Part shown: positions 47,801 through 62,149 of the stretch, in pieces | How the letters are laid out: every line of letters starts with the position of its first letter | Numbering within the stretch: the stretch's first letter is position 1 | From: Chrysomallon squamiferum | Lineage: Eukaryota > Animalia > Mollusca | Direction: 5' to 3' | Assembly (NCBI GenBank): GCA_012295275.1 | Contig: CM022670.1 | Span: 42,284,001 to 42,348,000, forward strand | Length of the DNA: 64,000 bases | Position numbers and translations under genes: made by a program | The notes under the pieces: model-generated | What the model was told of the DNA's origin: nothing | Database searches by the model: none | Seen by the model: the letters and a program-made list of their open reading frames with translations, nothing else

Positions 47801-50800
47801 CTGGTTAAAGTGTATGTGTACACTGGTTAAAGTGTGTATATAAACTTGTTAAAGTGTGCATGTAAACTGGTTAAAGTGTATTTAAAATTGTTAAAGTGTA
47901 TGTAAACTGGTTAAAGTGTGTATGTAAACTTGTTAAAGTGTATAAACTTGTTAAAGTGTGTATGTAAACTGGTTAAAGTGTGTATGTAAACTGGTTAAAG
48001 TGTGTATTTAAAATTGTTAAAGTGTGTATGTAAACTTGTTAAAGTGTATGTAAACTGGTTAAAGTGTGTATGTAAACTGGTTAAAGTGTGTATGTAAACT
48101 TGTTAAAGTGTGTATGTAAACTGGTTAAAGTGTATGTAAACTGGTTAAAGTGTGTATGTAAACTGGTTAAAGTGTGTATTTAAAATTGTTAAAGTGTGTA
48201 TGTAAACTTGTTAAAGTGTATGTAAACTGGTTAAAGTGTGTATGTAAACTTGTTAATGTGTATAAACTTGTTAAAACTTGTGTATGTAAACTTGTTAAAG
48301 TGTGTATGTAAACTGGTGTGTATGTAAACTGGTTATAGTGTGTATATAAACTGGTTAAAGTGTATGTTAAAGTGTGTATGTAAACTGTTAAAGTGTAAAA
48401 ACTGGTTAAAGTGTATATTAACTGGTTAAAGTGTATGTGTAAACTTGTTAAAGTGTGTGTAAACTGGTTATAGTGTGTATATTAACTGGTTAAAATGTGT
48501 GTGTAAACTTGTTAAAGTAAAGTATGTATGTAAACTGGTTAAAGTGTATGTGTAAACTTGTTAAAGTGTGTATATTAACTGGTTATAGTGTGTATATAAA
48601 CTTGTTAAAGTGTATATTAACTGGTTAAAGTGTATATAAACTTGTTAAAGTGTATATTAACTGGTTAAAGTGTATGTGTAAACTTGTTAAAGTGTATATT
48701 AACTGGTTAAAATGTGTATGTAAACTGGTTAAAGTGTGTATATTAACTGGTTATAGTGTGTATATAAACTTGTTAAAGTGTGTATGTAAACTGATTAAAG
48801 TGTGTAAACTGGTTAAAGTGTGTATATTAACTGGTTAAAGTGTATGTGTAAACTTGTTAAAGTGTATGTAAACTGGTTAAAGTGTGTATATTAACTGGTT
48901 AAAGTGTATGTGTAAACTGGTTAAAGTGTGTATATTAACTTGTTAAAGTGTGTATGTAAACTGGTTAAAGTGTGTATGTAAACTGGTTAAAGTGTGTATT
49001 TAAAATTGTTAAAGTGTGTATGTAAACTTGTTAAAGTGTGTATGTAAACTTGTTAATGTGTATAAACTTGTTAAAGTGTGTATGTAAACTTGTTAAAGTG
49101 TGTATGTAAACTGGTTATAGTGTGTATATAAACTGGTTAAAGTGTGTATATTAACTTGTTAAAGTGTGTGTAAACTGGTTAAAGTGTGTATATTAACTTG
49201 TTAAAGTGTATGTGTAAACTTGTTAACGTGTGTGTAAACTGGTTATAGTGTGTATTAACTGGTTAAAATGTGTGTGTAAACTTGTTAAAGTGTATGTAAA
49301 CTGGTTAAAGTGTATGTGTAAACTTGTTAAAGTGTGTATATTAACTGGTTATAGTGTGTATATAAACTTGTTAAAGTGTGTATATTAACTGGTTAAAGTG
49401 TATGTGTAAACTTGTTAAAGTGTGTATATTAACTGGTTAAAATGTGTGTGTAAACTTGTTAAAGTGTGTATGTAAACTGGTTAAAGTGTGTATGTAAACT
49501 GGTTAAAGTGTGTATATTAACTGGTTATAGTGTGTATATAAACTTGTTAAAGTGTGTATGTAAACTGGTTAAAGTGTGTGTGTAAACTTGTTAATGTGTA
49601 TAAACTTGTTAAAGTGTGTATGTAAACTGGTTAAAGTGTGTATGTAAACTTGTTAAAGTGTATGTAAACTTGTTAAAGTGTGTGTATAAACTTGTTAAAG
49701 TGTGTGTGTAAACTTGTTAAAGTGTGTGTAAACTTGTTAAAGTGTGTGTATAAACTTGTTAAAGTGTGTATGTAAACTGGTTAAAGTGTGTGTATAAACT
49801 GGTTAAAGTGTGTATGTAAACTGGTTAAAGTGTGTATGTAAACTGGTTAAAGTGTATATCAACTGGTTAAAGTGTGTATGTAAACTGGTTAAAGTGTGTA
49901 TGTAAACTGGTTAAAGTGTGTATATAAACTGGTTAAAGTGTATGTAAACTGGTTAAAGTGTGTATATAAACTGGTTAAAGTGTGTATATAAACTGGTTAA
50001 AGTGTATGTAAACTTGTTAAAAGTGTGTATGTAAATGGTTAAAGTGTATGTAAACTGGTTAAAGTGTGTATGTAAATGGTTAAAGTGTATGTAAACTGGT
50101 TAAAGTGTGTATGTAAACTGGTTAAAGTGTATGTAAACTTGTTAAAGTGTGTATATTAACTGGTTAAAATGTGTGTGTAAACTTGTTAAAGTGTGTATGT
50201 AAACTGGTTAAAGTGTATGTGTAAACTTGTTAAAGTGTGTATATTAACTGGTTAAAATGTGTGTGTAAACTTGTTAAAGTGTGTGTGTAAACTGGTTAAA
50301 AGTGTGTATATAAACTGGTTAAAATGTGTATGTAAACTTGTTAAAGTGTGTATGTAAACTGGTTAAAGTGTGTATGTAAACTGGTTAAAGTGTGTATATT
50401 AACTGGTTAAAGTGTGTATATAAACTTGTTAAAGTGTGTATGTAAACTGGTTAAAGTGTGTATGTAAACTGGTTAAAGTGTGTATATTAACTGTTATAGT
50501 GTGTAAACTTGTTAAAAGTGTGTATGTGTATAAAAGTGTGTTAAACTTGTTAATGTGTATAAACTTCTTAAAGTAAAACTGGTTAAAGTGTGTATGTAAA
50601 CTTGTTAAAGTGTATGTAAACTTGTTAAAGTGTGTGTATAAACTTGTTAAAGTGTGTGTGTAAACTTGTTAAAGTGTGTGTAAACTTGTTAAAGTGTGTG
50701 TATAAACTTGTTAAAGTGTGTATGTAAACTGGTTAAAGTGTGTGTATAAACTGGTTAAAGTGTGTATGTAAACTGGTTAAAGTGTGTATGTAAACTGGTT

Positions 50801-53800
50801 AAAGTGTATATCAACTGGTTAAAGTGTGTATGTAAACTGGTTAAAGTGTGTATGTAAACTGGTTAAAGTGTGTATATAAACTGGTTAAAGTGTATGTAAA
50901 CTGGTTAAAGTGTGTATATAAACTGGTTAAAGTGTGTATATAAACTGGTTAAAGTGTATGTAAACTTGTTAAAGTGTGTATGTAAATGGTTAAAGTGTAT
51001 GTAAACTGGTTAAAGTGTGTATGTAAATGGTTAAAGTGTATGTAAACTGGTTAAAGTGTGTATGTAAACTGGTTAAAGTGTATGTAAACTTGTTAAAGTG
51101 TGTATGTAAATGGTTAAAGTGTATGTAAACTGGTTAAAGTGTATATAAACTTGTTAAAGTGTGTATGTAAACTGGTTAAAGTGTATGTAAACTGGTTAAA
51201 GTGTGTGTGTAAACTGGTTAAAGTGTATGTAAACTTGTTAAAGTGTGTGTGTAAACTGGTTAAAGTGTGTATATAAACTGAAAGCAGGCACTTCTGACAT
51301 TGGACAGTAACAAGATCTGACAATATGCTGGGTCAGTTTATACTGATTTTGATTCTCCTTGGAACAAATTTGTAAAACTATTTTAGATGATTGTGGTTTA
51401 ACATGTATATGGAGATATCACAACATTGATAATGTTAAATGGTTATGTGAAACAATATCCAAAATATCACATGATCAGTATCTACAGGTATGGAAAAATC
51501 AAACTGAAATGTCTCCAAAGGGTATTAATTATAATTTTTTTTAAAATGATATGAAATTAGAAAACTATCTTACTTCGCTGTATCAAAAGTATGCTAATGT
51601 GTTATGTAAATTTAGAACCGCGAATGCTAAACTTCCTATTGAAACTGGACAACGGTCTAATATTCTAAGAGAAAACAGAAAATGTCATATCTGTAATCTT
51701 AACAAAATTAGAGATGAATATCACTATATATTTGAATGTAATGATCCTATATTATTAAATGAGAGAAAAGGTATACCAGATAAATATATGAGACATCCAA
51801 ATGTAATTTCATATAATAATTTGTTTAACAGTAAAAATATATTTTTATTGTAAAGCTATGTTTGTTAATAAGAACTATATGTGAGAGAGCATGTCCTCCA
51901 CATTAAACTTCCACACATGCATTTTAATTTTATTATAATACATTCTTCTCTGTACTCTAATCCTACAGTTTATGAGAATAAAGTCATTGTCACTGTCATT
52001 GTCTAAGAATTCAGAGTTAGTATATTTTGTTTATGTTAAACATCAAATGTAGTATATACATTGTTATATATACATATAAATGTAGGTTGCTGTGGATTTC
52101 AGGACTGAACAGAAGGGCAGTTTCCTCATTGTTTCACAGAAATTCTGCTTTAGAATACTTAAAAGATACAACTTAGTCTTTTTTACTGGTGTCAACAATT
52201 TTGATGGTTTTTTTGGAAGCATTTGATATATAGTCTCTCTTTATGGAAATATCTCATTATAACATTTTTAATGCAGTAGCCTACTTCAGATGGAGCACGC
52301 CCCATATATTTGTATTAGTTTTAATGTAAACCTAGGTTAACACAGTAACAGAACATTGAAACTACAGTGTACCTTTGGTAATATAATCGAAATACATGGT
52401 GTTGTTGCTGTTTTGTTTGTTTCATTGTTCTCTTGTTTTCTGACTAATTTTAGCTAACAACAATAGCACCATTTAGAAAAATATTTGTGTACTGCCTTAT
52501 TTTCTAGATGCCACATTTTTTCAAGTGTTGTGAGAAAAATATTGTTTCTAATCATTAAAGTTTTGACAAATGTTTACATAGACAATATGATTAATGTTTA
52601 CATAGCTAGACAATATGATTAATGTTTACACAACTGTAATTGATAATATTCATATGCAAGAAAGGACTAATGTCTACATGACTAATATGATAATATTCGT
52701 ATTCATGCAAGAAAGGACTAATATCTACATGACTATAATATGATAATATTCGTATTCATGCAAGAAAGGATAATGTCTACATGACTATAATATGATAATA
52801 TTCCTATTACTGCAAGAAAGGACTAATATCTACATGACTATAATATGATAGTATTCCTATTACTGCAAGAAAGGATTAATGTCTACATGACTATAATATG
52901 ATAGTATTCCTATTACTGCAAGAAAGGACTAATATCTACATCAGTACATGACTATAATATGATAGTATTCCTATTACTGCAAGAAAGGACTAATGTCTAC
53001 ATGACTATAATATGATAGTATTCATATTACTGCAAGAAAGGACTAATATCTACATCAGTACATGACTATAATATGATAATATTCCTATGACTGCAAGAAA
53101 GGTCTAATGTCTACATGACTATAATATGATAGTATTCCTATTACTGCAAGAAAGGATAATGTCTACATGACTTTAATATGATAATATTTTTATTTATGCA
53201 AGAAAGGACTAATGTCAACGTGACTATAATATGATAATATTTGTATTTATGCAAGAAAGGACTAATGTCTACATCAGTACATGACTATAATATGATACTA
53301 TTTGTATTTATGCAAGAAAGCACTAATGTCTACATCAGTACATGACTATAATATGATAATATTTGTATTTATGCAAGAAAGCACTAATGTCTACATCAGT
53401 ACATGACTATAATATGATAATATTTGTATTTATGCAAGAAAGGACTAATGTCTACATGACTGTTCTTTCAGTAAAGGGTTTGATAGAAGAAGAGGAAAAA
53501 CTTGGGATTCCATCAAACCGTGTGGTTATTGGAGGGTTCTCTCAGGGTGGGGCTGTGGCTCTCTACACAGCTTTCAACTACCCCAAACAACTGGGGGGTG
53601 TGATTGCACTTAGTTCCTGGATGCCACTTCATAAACAGTTTCTAGCATCAGTAAGTTTTATTTATTTATTTATTTATCAGGCTGAGTGATTTGTTTTTTG
53701 TTGTTTTTTGAGATGGAGGTGAGATTGTTGACTTTTAAGTCATTATTTTGTATTACAAATTAGTATTGTTAGTATTTGTATGTAATTTTGTTACACATCT

Positions 53801-55314
53801 ATGTGGTTTAATTACACATAAATGTATGGTAATTTTGGTCGTGTGTTGTTTTGTTACACAAAATGTGTGCTAGTATTGTGATGTGATATTTTTTGACAGA
53901 AAGAGAAATGTAACACAAACATCCCAGTGCTTCAGTGCCATGGGACAATGGACCCTCTAGTTTCATTCAAGTGGGGGGAGAAGACAAAAGAACTCATCAC
54001 TTCAGTGAACCCAAATCTTAGATTTCATTCTTTTCCAATGGGACACACTACATGTGAACAAGTAAGCTTTTTCTCTGTGTGCATCCAAGTAGCAGTTACA
54101 AACTGAAAACAATGATTATAACCATTATTGCATTTACACAAAGTCTGATTTAGAAAGTAACATTATTTCCACTGATGTTTAATCTGTAGCCGAGAAGGCT
54201 TTCTTTGAAAATCTGCATAATTACATCCAGAAACCTAGATAATCATCAAAACAATTTCACATTGTTTTAACTTCTTTAAATAAATTTTCAGCATACAGAA
54301 TTTTTTGTTTTTTAAAATATATTTTTTAATTACGATAATGCTGAACAAAGATGTGAGAGTTTAAAAACACTTTTCAAATATTTTAATAATTTTGAGTCAG
54401 TTCTGACGCATACTGTAAATATGCAGTCAAATAAAAGTTTAAATTACATTATCTTATAGCAAAGTCCTGTGTGTATTTTTCTTTGATTTCTTTCCCTAGA
54501 CACATCAAGTATAAAAAAAAATAGTTGATGTCCAACATTAGTTGTTTCTAAACCTGTACTGTGAATTTTTCACTACATTCATTGTGTCAGTAGTTACGTC
54601 AGACTAAATCATAGACTATGCTGATGCCTCGCTTAGGTCACAGAAACTTGTGACATGTTGTTTCAAGGAAGAGATTTTCTGATTCAGTTAATTTATGGTT
54701 GAAAATAATTCCACACTCTAAATCTGACTAGTTTCACATGGTCATGATCCAGTTTTAGGCAATAATAAAGAATAATAAAACAACATATTATTTTACTTTT
54801 ATTATAAACAACAATAAAACAACACAATATTTTAATGTTAGTTATAAATACACTAATAAAACATTGTTTTAGTATGATTTTAAATATTAATAAAACAACA
54901 CATTATTCTAGTGTTATTATAAACAGTAATGAAATTACATTAATTTAGTGTGACTATAAAGACTAATAAAACAATTTATTATTTTAGTATTAATATAAAC
55001 AATAATAAAACAACAGTTTAGTAGTTAATACAAACAATAATAAAACAACAGTTTAGTATTAATATAACAGCAATAAAACAACACATTTTAGTATTAATAT
55101 AAACAATAATAAAACAACAGTTTAGTATTAATATAAACAATAATAAAACAATAGTTTAGTATTAATATAACAGTAATAAAACAACACATTTTAGTGTTAC
55201 TATAAACAATAATAAACATTATTTTAAAGTTATTATAAAAAAATAAAACAGCTTATCAATGTTTTTGTATTTCAGGAGATGAAGTGTGTGAAGGAGTTTT
55301 TGTCGAAGTTTTGA
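41897..55314 (+). CDS. LYPLA1: Acyl-protein thioesterase (APT; co-orthologue of LYPLA1/LYPLA2)
   Basis: Exons 41897-41968, 45790-45821, 46384-46449, 47016-47063, 47311-47381, 53472-53650, 53900-54061, 55276-55314 are in frame: LIFLHGLGDTGHGW...PVTLNGGMMMPSWFDI...GGFSQGGA (catalytic Ser)...QCHGTMDPLV (Asp)...MGHT (His)...EMKCVKEFL. Confidence 0.96.
43899..45644 (+). mobile_element. Deleted Sola2-like DNA transposon with long TIRs and a transposase remnant, in LYPLA intron 1
   Basis: Same GGG...CCC termini; flanks are TATA/TATT. Right arm ~45400-45644 is the reverse complement of the left-end family sequence. 45129-45373 encodes, with a frameshift, ERVQILTLSPFTIERTMNEF...GKVLSNELKEEIIQFYESDENSRICPGMKDTV, resembling the FY..D..SR..PG.KD.V block I recall from Sola2 transposases. 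Confidence 0.8.
46450..46630. repeat. 42-bp tandem repeat starting at the LYPLA exon 3 donor
   Basis: GTGAGTACTT...AAGAATAGTTATTGAAATGTGTTACACA, four units plus a partial one. Confidence 0.9.
47420..51280. repeat. ~3.9-kb array of a 20-22-bp unit in LYPLA intron 5
   Basis: Unit TGTAAACT(G/T)GTTAAAGTG(TG)TA with higher-order duplicated blocks. Confidence 0.98.
51290..52003 (+). mobile_element. 5'-truncated non-LTR retrotransposon (LINE) 3' end, RTE-X-like
   Basis: Broken ORFs 51359-51544 and 51551-51853 with FRTANAKLPIETG...CHIC...DEYHYIFEC (C-terminal CCHC region of LINE ORF2). AATAAA at 51977 is followed by a (GTCATT/GTCACT) tandem tail. Clade assignment is tentative. Confidence 0.8.
52650..53460. 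repeat. ~50-60-bp minisatellite abutting the LYPLA exon 6 acceptor
   Basis: Unit CATGACTATAATATGATAATATT...TGCAAGAAAGGACTAATGTCTA(CATCAGTA). Confidence 0.95.
54770..55250. repeat. Degenerate AT-rich ~35-bp repeat before the last LYPLA exon
   Basis: TTTAGTATTAATATAAACAATAATAAAACAACA recurs throughout. Confidence 0.8.
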
Positions 55315-55749
55315 CACTGTGATGTCTGTAGACTGACAATGCTAACAACTGAGCGGAGATTTGACATCGCACAACAACAGTGACAGTGTTTTTATACTTC
55401 ATGATCACAACAACAGTGTTATCCTACTGCTGGTCTACGACAACAGTTTTCTTACTGCAGAATCACAATTGCTGAAATTATTTCCTTTTACAAGACTGGG
55501 ATGGGTAGAGGTGGACTAATATTTTAGTTGGTAACAAGGCAGTGCCTGATTAACGGTGTAAAAGCTGACAAAAGTAACCGATGTCTGTTTTGTCACTTAC
55601 CAGTCAGAGTTGATGTGTCCCATTACTCAGCCTAAACAGAAATTTCCAGTGAATGGTGATTTTAAAGAAAAATTGTTTATTTAATTGTTATCTTTAAATA
55701 GTTAATAACCTTTATATATCAAATAACTGAAATTTCATGGTAATACATG

Positions 55750-57150
55750 CATTTAGATAATTAAAACCTGATATTATTGTTAATTAGTAACAGTCTGTTA
55801 GATAATTAAAACCTGACATTATTATTAATTAGTAACACAGTCTATTAGATAATTAAAACCTGATATTATTGTTAATTAGAAACAGTCTATTAGATAATTA
55901 AAACCTGACATTATTATTAATTAGTAACACAGTCTGTTAGATAAAACCTGACATTATTATTAATTAGAGACAGTCTATTAGATAATTAAAACCTGACATT
56001 ATTATTAATTAGTAACACAGTCTGTTAGATAATTAAAACCTAATATTATTATTAATTAGTAACACAGTCTGTTAGATAATTAAAACAGACATTATTATTA
56101 ATTAGTAACAGTCTGTTAGATAATTAAAACCTGACATTATTATTAATTAGAAACAGTCTGTTAGATAATTAAAACCTGACATTATTATTAATTAGAAACA
56201 GTCTGTTAGATAATTAAAACCTGACATTATTATTAATTAGAAACAGTCTGTTAGATAATTAAAACCTGACATTATTAATAATTAGAAACAGTCTATTAGA
56301 TAATTAAAACAGACATTATTATTAATTAGTAACACAGACTGTTAGATAAAACCTGACATTATTATTAATCAGTAACACAGTCTATTAGATAATTAATACC
56401 TGACATTATTATTAATTAGTAACACAGTCTATTAGATAATTAAAACCTGACATTATTATTAGTTAGTAACAAAGTCTATTAGATAATTAAAACAGACATT
56501 ATTATTAATTAGTAACACAGTCTGTTAGATAATTAAAACAGACATTATTATTAATTAGTAACACAGTCTGTTAGATAATTAAAACCTGACATTATTATTA
56601 ATTAGAAACAGTCTATTAGATAATTAAAACCTGACATTATTAATTAGAAACAGTCTATTAGATAATTAAAACAGACATTATTATTAATTAGTAACACAGT
56701 CTATTAGATAATTAAAACCTGATATTATTATTAATTAGAAACAGTCTGTTAGATAATTAAAACCTGACATTATTATTAATTAGTAACACAGTCTGTTAGA
56801 TAATTAAAACCTGACATTATTATTAATTAGTAACAGTCTGTTAGATAATTAAAACCTGACATTATTATTAATTAGTAACAGTCTGTTAGATAATTAAAAC
56901 CTGACATTATTATTAATTAGAAACAGTCTATTAGATGATTCAAACCTGACATTATTAATTAGAAACAGTCAATTAGATAATTAAAACCTGACATTATTGT
57001 TAATCAGTAACACAGTCTATTAGATAATTAAAACCTGACATTATTATTAGTCAGTAACACAGTCTATTAGATAATTAAAACCAGACATTATTATTAATTA
57101 GAAACAGTCTGTTAGATAAATAAAACTTGTGATTATTATTAATGGTAACA
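55750..57150. repeat. 45-48-bp minisatellite (~30 copies) downstream of the LYPLA stop
   Basis: Unit TTAGATAATTAAAACCTGACATTATTATTAATTAG(T)AACA(CA)GTCT(G/A). Confidence 0.97.
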
Positions 57151-58237
57151 CATTCTGTAGATCCATATAAAAGAACAAAAAATACACTGCACAGTTAGAT
57201 CATTTGTCATTTTCTGTTTGGTTTGTTAGAAGCTTCAACGTAACCTGTCAGCCAGGCTTATTTATACACTAGAATTGTTCTGTTCTTGTCAAAACCAATT
57301 ATTTTATTATTCTTTTTTAATGAATATAGAATCATGTTTTATATTCACTGGCTGGAAAGTAAGGAAGAAAGTTGTTAATTGGGATGAATCATTGCATCTC
57401 TTTTTAAATATAAAAACCAAAACAGGTTGATGTGGCAAACTATTAATGTCAGAAGACCACTGAATCCTCCGAATGCAGAGATTTTGTTGTTGTTATTGTA
57501 CTCTTTATTTTGACATCCTGTTTAATTATTTCAGTCTATAATTATTTCAGTATGACAAAAATCTTCATATCTTCATTTGTTTCTTGGGGTAAATAAGGTG
57601 TGTGTGTGTGTGTGCGTGCGTGCGTGTGTGTGTGTGCGTGCGTGTGTGTGTGTGTGCGTGTGTGCGTGGAAATGTATGTTTACTGGTATCCTTATAAGAT
57701 AAATATTAAATTACCATGAAAGAAAAGTTGGTGAAAGTATAATTTTATCTGAAATAATCATGTTTTGAAGTGAACTGATATAAAATAGTTTGTTTGATAT
57801 TCTTAATGTGTCTCCTGTGTGTAGTTTCATAAATGTGTTTATCATTTCATTAACTGTTTACTAATATAGCCACAGTCATCATTAATTTTATTGAAAATAA
57901 CTTTTTGATTTGAATCAGTCTTTAGTGCACGTGCACAAATTAAGGCCATTAAATATTTACACCAACAAAATCTTTATTTTTCTTGTCTTTTCAAGTTTGT
58001 GGTTCTGCTGCTGCTGTAGAGTTTTCATTACGTTTCCATTTTGAAAAATGAAGAAATGACTTTAGTTTTTATACTTGCAGCAATTATCTTTTTCTTAACC
58101 GCTTTATGATCAGTGCTTGCTAGCAGTAAAAGTGTGATAATATTGTTATTGTTGTTAATGTTGTTTATTGCATTTTTGTTCATTATGTATTTAAAAATTA
58201 ATTTCCTATCTATTAATACAAGTAATGTAGAGTAAGA

Positions 58238-59078
58238 CAGGAGTTCCCCAACTTTTTAGAACATCGACCCCTTCGTAGAATTTTTGATCCATCATCGAAC
58301 CCCAGGCATGTACAAAAAAAATAAATTAATAATTAAGTAGATGTGCAGTTTCCAAGTGCACTAGTGTTCTTTCATCTCAACAGGTTTTGTGGCATCATTA
58401 CTGAAAGTCTCTGCATAACAGGCACATTGGCATTTTTTTAGTAGTAAATGAAGGTGTGAATTCATATTCAAAATACTTTTGTGAATACTGTCTGCACTTC
58501 GTGCTTGCTAGAAATGTGAAATTTTTTAATGGTAAACGCACAGCTCTCAGTTCACTGACACCACTCTGACAGCTAATGGTGCTGAGGATGCACTGGCTCT
58601 TTCTGGGCTGATTGGTGCCATCAGAAACAAAATAACAGGATACTCATTTTCACTATGTACTTGAAAATAAAGCTAAGACTAACCTAAAATGTTTTAAAAT
58701 GTTACAAGACTGAAGTGCTAATGTTGAATAATATAGTTAATATGTTTACCAAATATTTAAAAAAAATAGAGCATATGAGTAAAGAACCTTCAAGTCAATT
58801 CATTTAGGTGAAAAGAAGTTACAACAATCCATTACCTTGTGAGTCCAGCTAATAATAAATTATTATAACTAATATGTTTCACTAAAATTTAAATAGAATA
58901 TATTAATAAATATACATATGAAAAAATATATATATAAATAAAAAATGTGTAACAGCAAGTACATTTTTATTTCTTGTACAAAATGACAACATTCAACCTC
59001 AAAAATTCAAATGACCTTTCGATCCTCGGCTTTTACTGACCCTTTGAATAGTCCCATCGACCACTCTGGAGTCCCCTG
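58238..59078. mobile_element. Decayed hAT/Charlie-like MITE
   Basis: Ends are CAGGAGTTCCCCAACTT and GGAGTCCCCTG with subterminal ATCGACC motifs. The flanking 8-mers GAGTAAGA/CACTAACA match at only 5 of 8 positions. Confidence 0.5.
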
Positions 59079-59114
59079 CACTAACACATGAAATCTACAC
59101 TGGGCCCATTAAGG

Positions 59115-60035
59115 TACACAAGTAATACGACATCTGTATTAAACACATGTACACAAGTAATACGACATCTGTATTAAACACATGTATACAAGTAATACGA
59201 CATCTGTATTAAACACATGTATACAAGTAATACGACATCTGTATTAAACACGTGTACACAAGTAATACGACATCTGTATTAAACACATGTACACAAGTAA
59301 TACGACATCTGTATTAAACACATGTATACAAGTAATACATCTGTATTAAACACATGTATACAAGTAATACGACATCTGTATTAAACACATGTATACAAGT
59401 AATACATCTGTATTAAACACGTAAACAAGTAATACGACATCTGTATTAAACACATGTATACAAGTAATACATCTATATTAAACAAATGTATACAAGTAAT
59501 ACGACATCTGTATTAAACACGTGTACACAAGTAATACGACATCTGTATTGAACACGTGTACACAAGTAATACGACATCTGCATTAAACACATGTATACAA
59601 GTAATACGACATCTGTATTAAACACATGTATACAAGTAATATAACATCTGCATTAAACACATGTATACAAGTAATATGACATCTGTATTAAACACATGTA
59701 TACAAGTAATATAACATCTGCATTAAACACATGTAAACAAGTAATATAACATCTGTATTAAACACATGTACACAAGTAATATGACGTCTGTATTAAACAC
59801 GTGTACACAAGTAATACATCTGCATTAAACACATGTACACAAGTAATACATCTGCATTAAACACATGTACACAAGTAATACGACATCTGTATTAAACACG
59901 TGTATACAAGTAATACATCTGTATTAAACACATGTACACAAGTAATACGACATCTGTATTAAACACGTGTACACAAGTAATACATCTGCATTAAACACAT
60001 GTACACAAGTAATACGACATCTGTATTAAACAAGT
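59115..60035. repeat. 35-bp minisatellite (~27 copies)
   Basis: Unit ACAAGTAATACGACATCTGTATTAAACACATGTA(T/C). Confidence 0.97.
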
Positions 60036-60918
60036 AATATGTAACATCCACACCGGACACATAAAGGTATACAACCCTGTCACCACAAAAAATAACTGAA
60101 AAATAACAAAGACAAGAATTTAAAAATATTTCATCTTTAATTATAATGCATTATTTTCTGATATATTTATTTATTTATTTATTTTTGTTTGTTTCACAAA
60201 TGCATTTTTTGTACAAAATGTGTAAACATAAAGTAGGCCATTTTGTTGCCAGCGACATATTGACCTATGGAAAGAAAAAAAAAATGATAATAAACAATAT
60301 AATAAATAAATAATTAACAGACAAACTATTTTTGGACGTGATCTGTTGTTTTTTGCTTTTTCGTTTGTGAAAATTAACTGAAAGTAAGAAGGCTGACAGG
60401 ACTTTTATGTTAACTAGAATAACCTAAAATAAGTGCCAGACCATTTATACAGCTCCTAAAAAAAACAACTTTATAAGTATATTAGTATCTGTTAAATACA
60501 GATTCGATCTTTACTTTAGAATTTAAGTCTATATATTAAACCTCTGATCCCAAGCTTACTCGATAAATGATCTGGGACGTACATCACATAATCATCGAGT
60601 TGCTTAGTCTGCCAAAATGAAATATGAGCAGGCAGCAACACTGACCAGCATATTTTAGATATAACTAAATTTGATATTGAAAGATGAGTTACTAGTGTTT
60701 CAAAGTTCCCCATTATATAACATAACCATCCAAATCTACAGAATCCATTCGTAATTACACATGTATTAACTCTAAGGTGCTCTCCTGTGTTACGAAAATA
60801 TCAAATTTATACAGATTGTGTTTCACCTTGTATAACATTTTCCTTAGTATTTATAACATGTCTCCATCACTATATCATTACTATTACCACTAGCAATCTC
60901 ATCAGGCTCACCTCCTGA

Positions 60919-61523
60919 CAGAGGCGTGTCTAGGGGAAATAGCGCCAATGGCAAGTACTGAAAGTGCACCTCTATCCAAACATATGACACCAATATTTTT
61001 TTAAATTATTATTATTTATTAAAAAAAAGAAAAAAAAAAGACCCAGACTGTGGAACTGAAAGCGAATTGAAGAATTCATTTATGAGGTAAATGTGTGAAA
61101 AGTTGTATTCAAATATGTATTTAGGCTTTATATAAGACCGTTGTTCAAGTATATATATCTAAGACTGTATTATATATAGTCATAAATGTTTAGGTGAGGT
61201 AGAAACGCTCAAGAGAGCGTAAATTAAAATATAATCTACTTAAGCCAGAGGTATCCAAACTACAAAAATTTACACCCCAATTTTTCTTTATAAGAACATT
61301 AAATTTCATTGATTACTATATATATTTTTTTCTTATTACTCTATTACTACAAGCACTATATTGTTACATAATAATTTACACAAGTTCTTCAACAATCTGG
61401 CCACCCTAATCCTTCTCATACACATAAACAGAGATAATAACAGATCATATGTTTGAAGAATTGTTTTTTTTTCTGTTTTCCCCATGGCATCTGTCATACC
61501 TGTCATATCCTAGACACACCCTG
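60919..61523. mobile_element. hAT-superfamily MITE
   Basis: TIRs CAGAGGCGTGTCTAGG / CCTAGACACACCCTG with a perfect 8-bp target-site duplication CCTCCTGA (60911-60918 and 61524-61531). Confidence 0.85.
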
Positions 61524-62149
61524 CCTCCTGAGCTATCCTGCTCCAATTCGAAGCCACTCCCGTCTCTAACAGAGCTTGTACAAACTGCAGCCTGAAGTTA
61601 CTGAATTCGACAAACAGTCTGTATGATAGTATAACTTTCCATTTGCATTTTTTGACATTTTAAGTAATAAAACTTTGAGAAATAATGAATTAGCATTTAT
61701 CTAACATTTATTCGTATCAGGAGTTTAAAGAGCGGCGAATTTTCCATTGTTTGCCCTATTTGAATTAAATTTTAATATCGTATCTTGTAGTTGCATAAAA
61801 TAATTTAGTTCGATATATCTCTCAAATATCAAACAAAAGTTTGAAATAAGAATTAGTCCGTGAGATAACATTTTTCTCTGTTATGACCCGGAAGAGTATG
61901 CATAGTTATTACCGTCACCTTCCTTTCTAACAAACTTATATTACAACGCGAAAAATTAAACAAAAGGAAAAAAAAGGAGATGACTAACAACAAACACAAC
62001 AAACAATATCTGGTGAGTTGTCGTTTCAATTGTAAATCGTTAAGTACACCGGGTAATGAACGTATTGAAATTTAGGTAAAAAATATTGTATCAATCAATT
62101 GTCACACTTATTCTTTACTTTAAAGTAGGTTATTACCTTGAAAATATAC

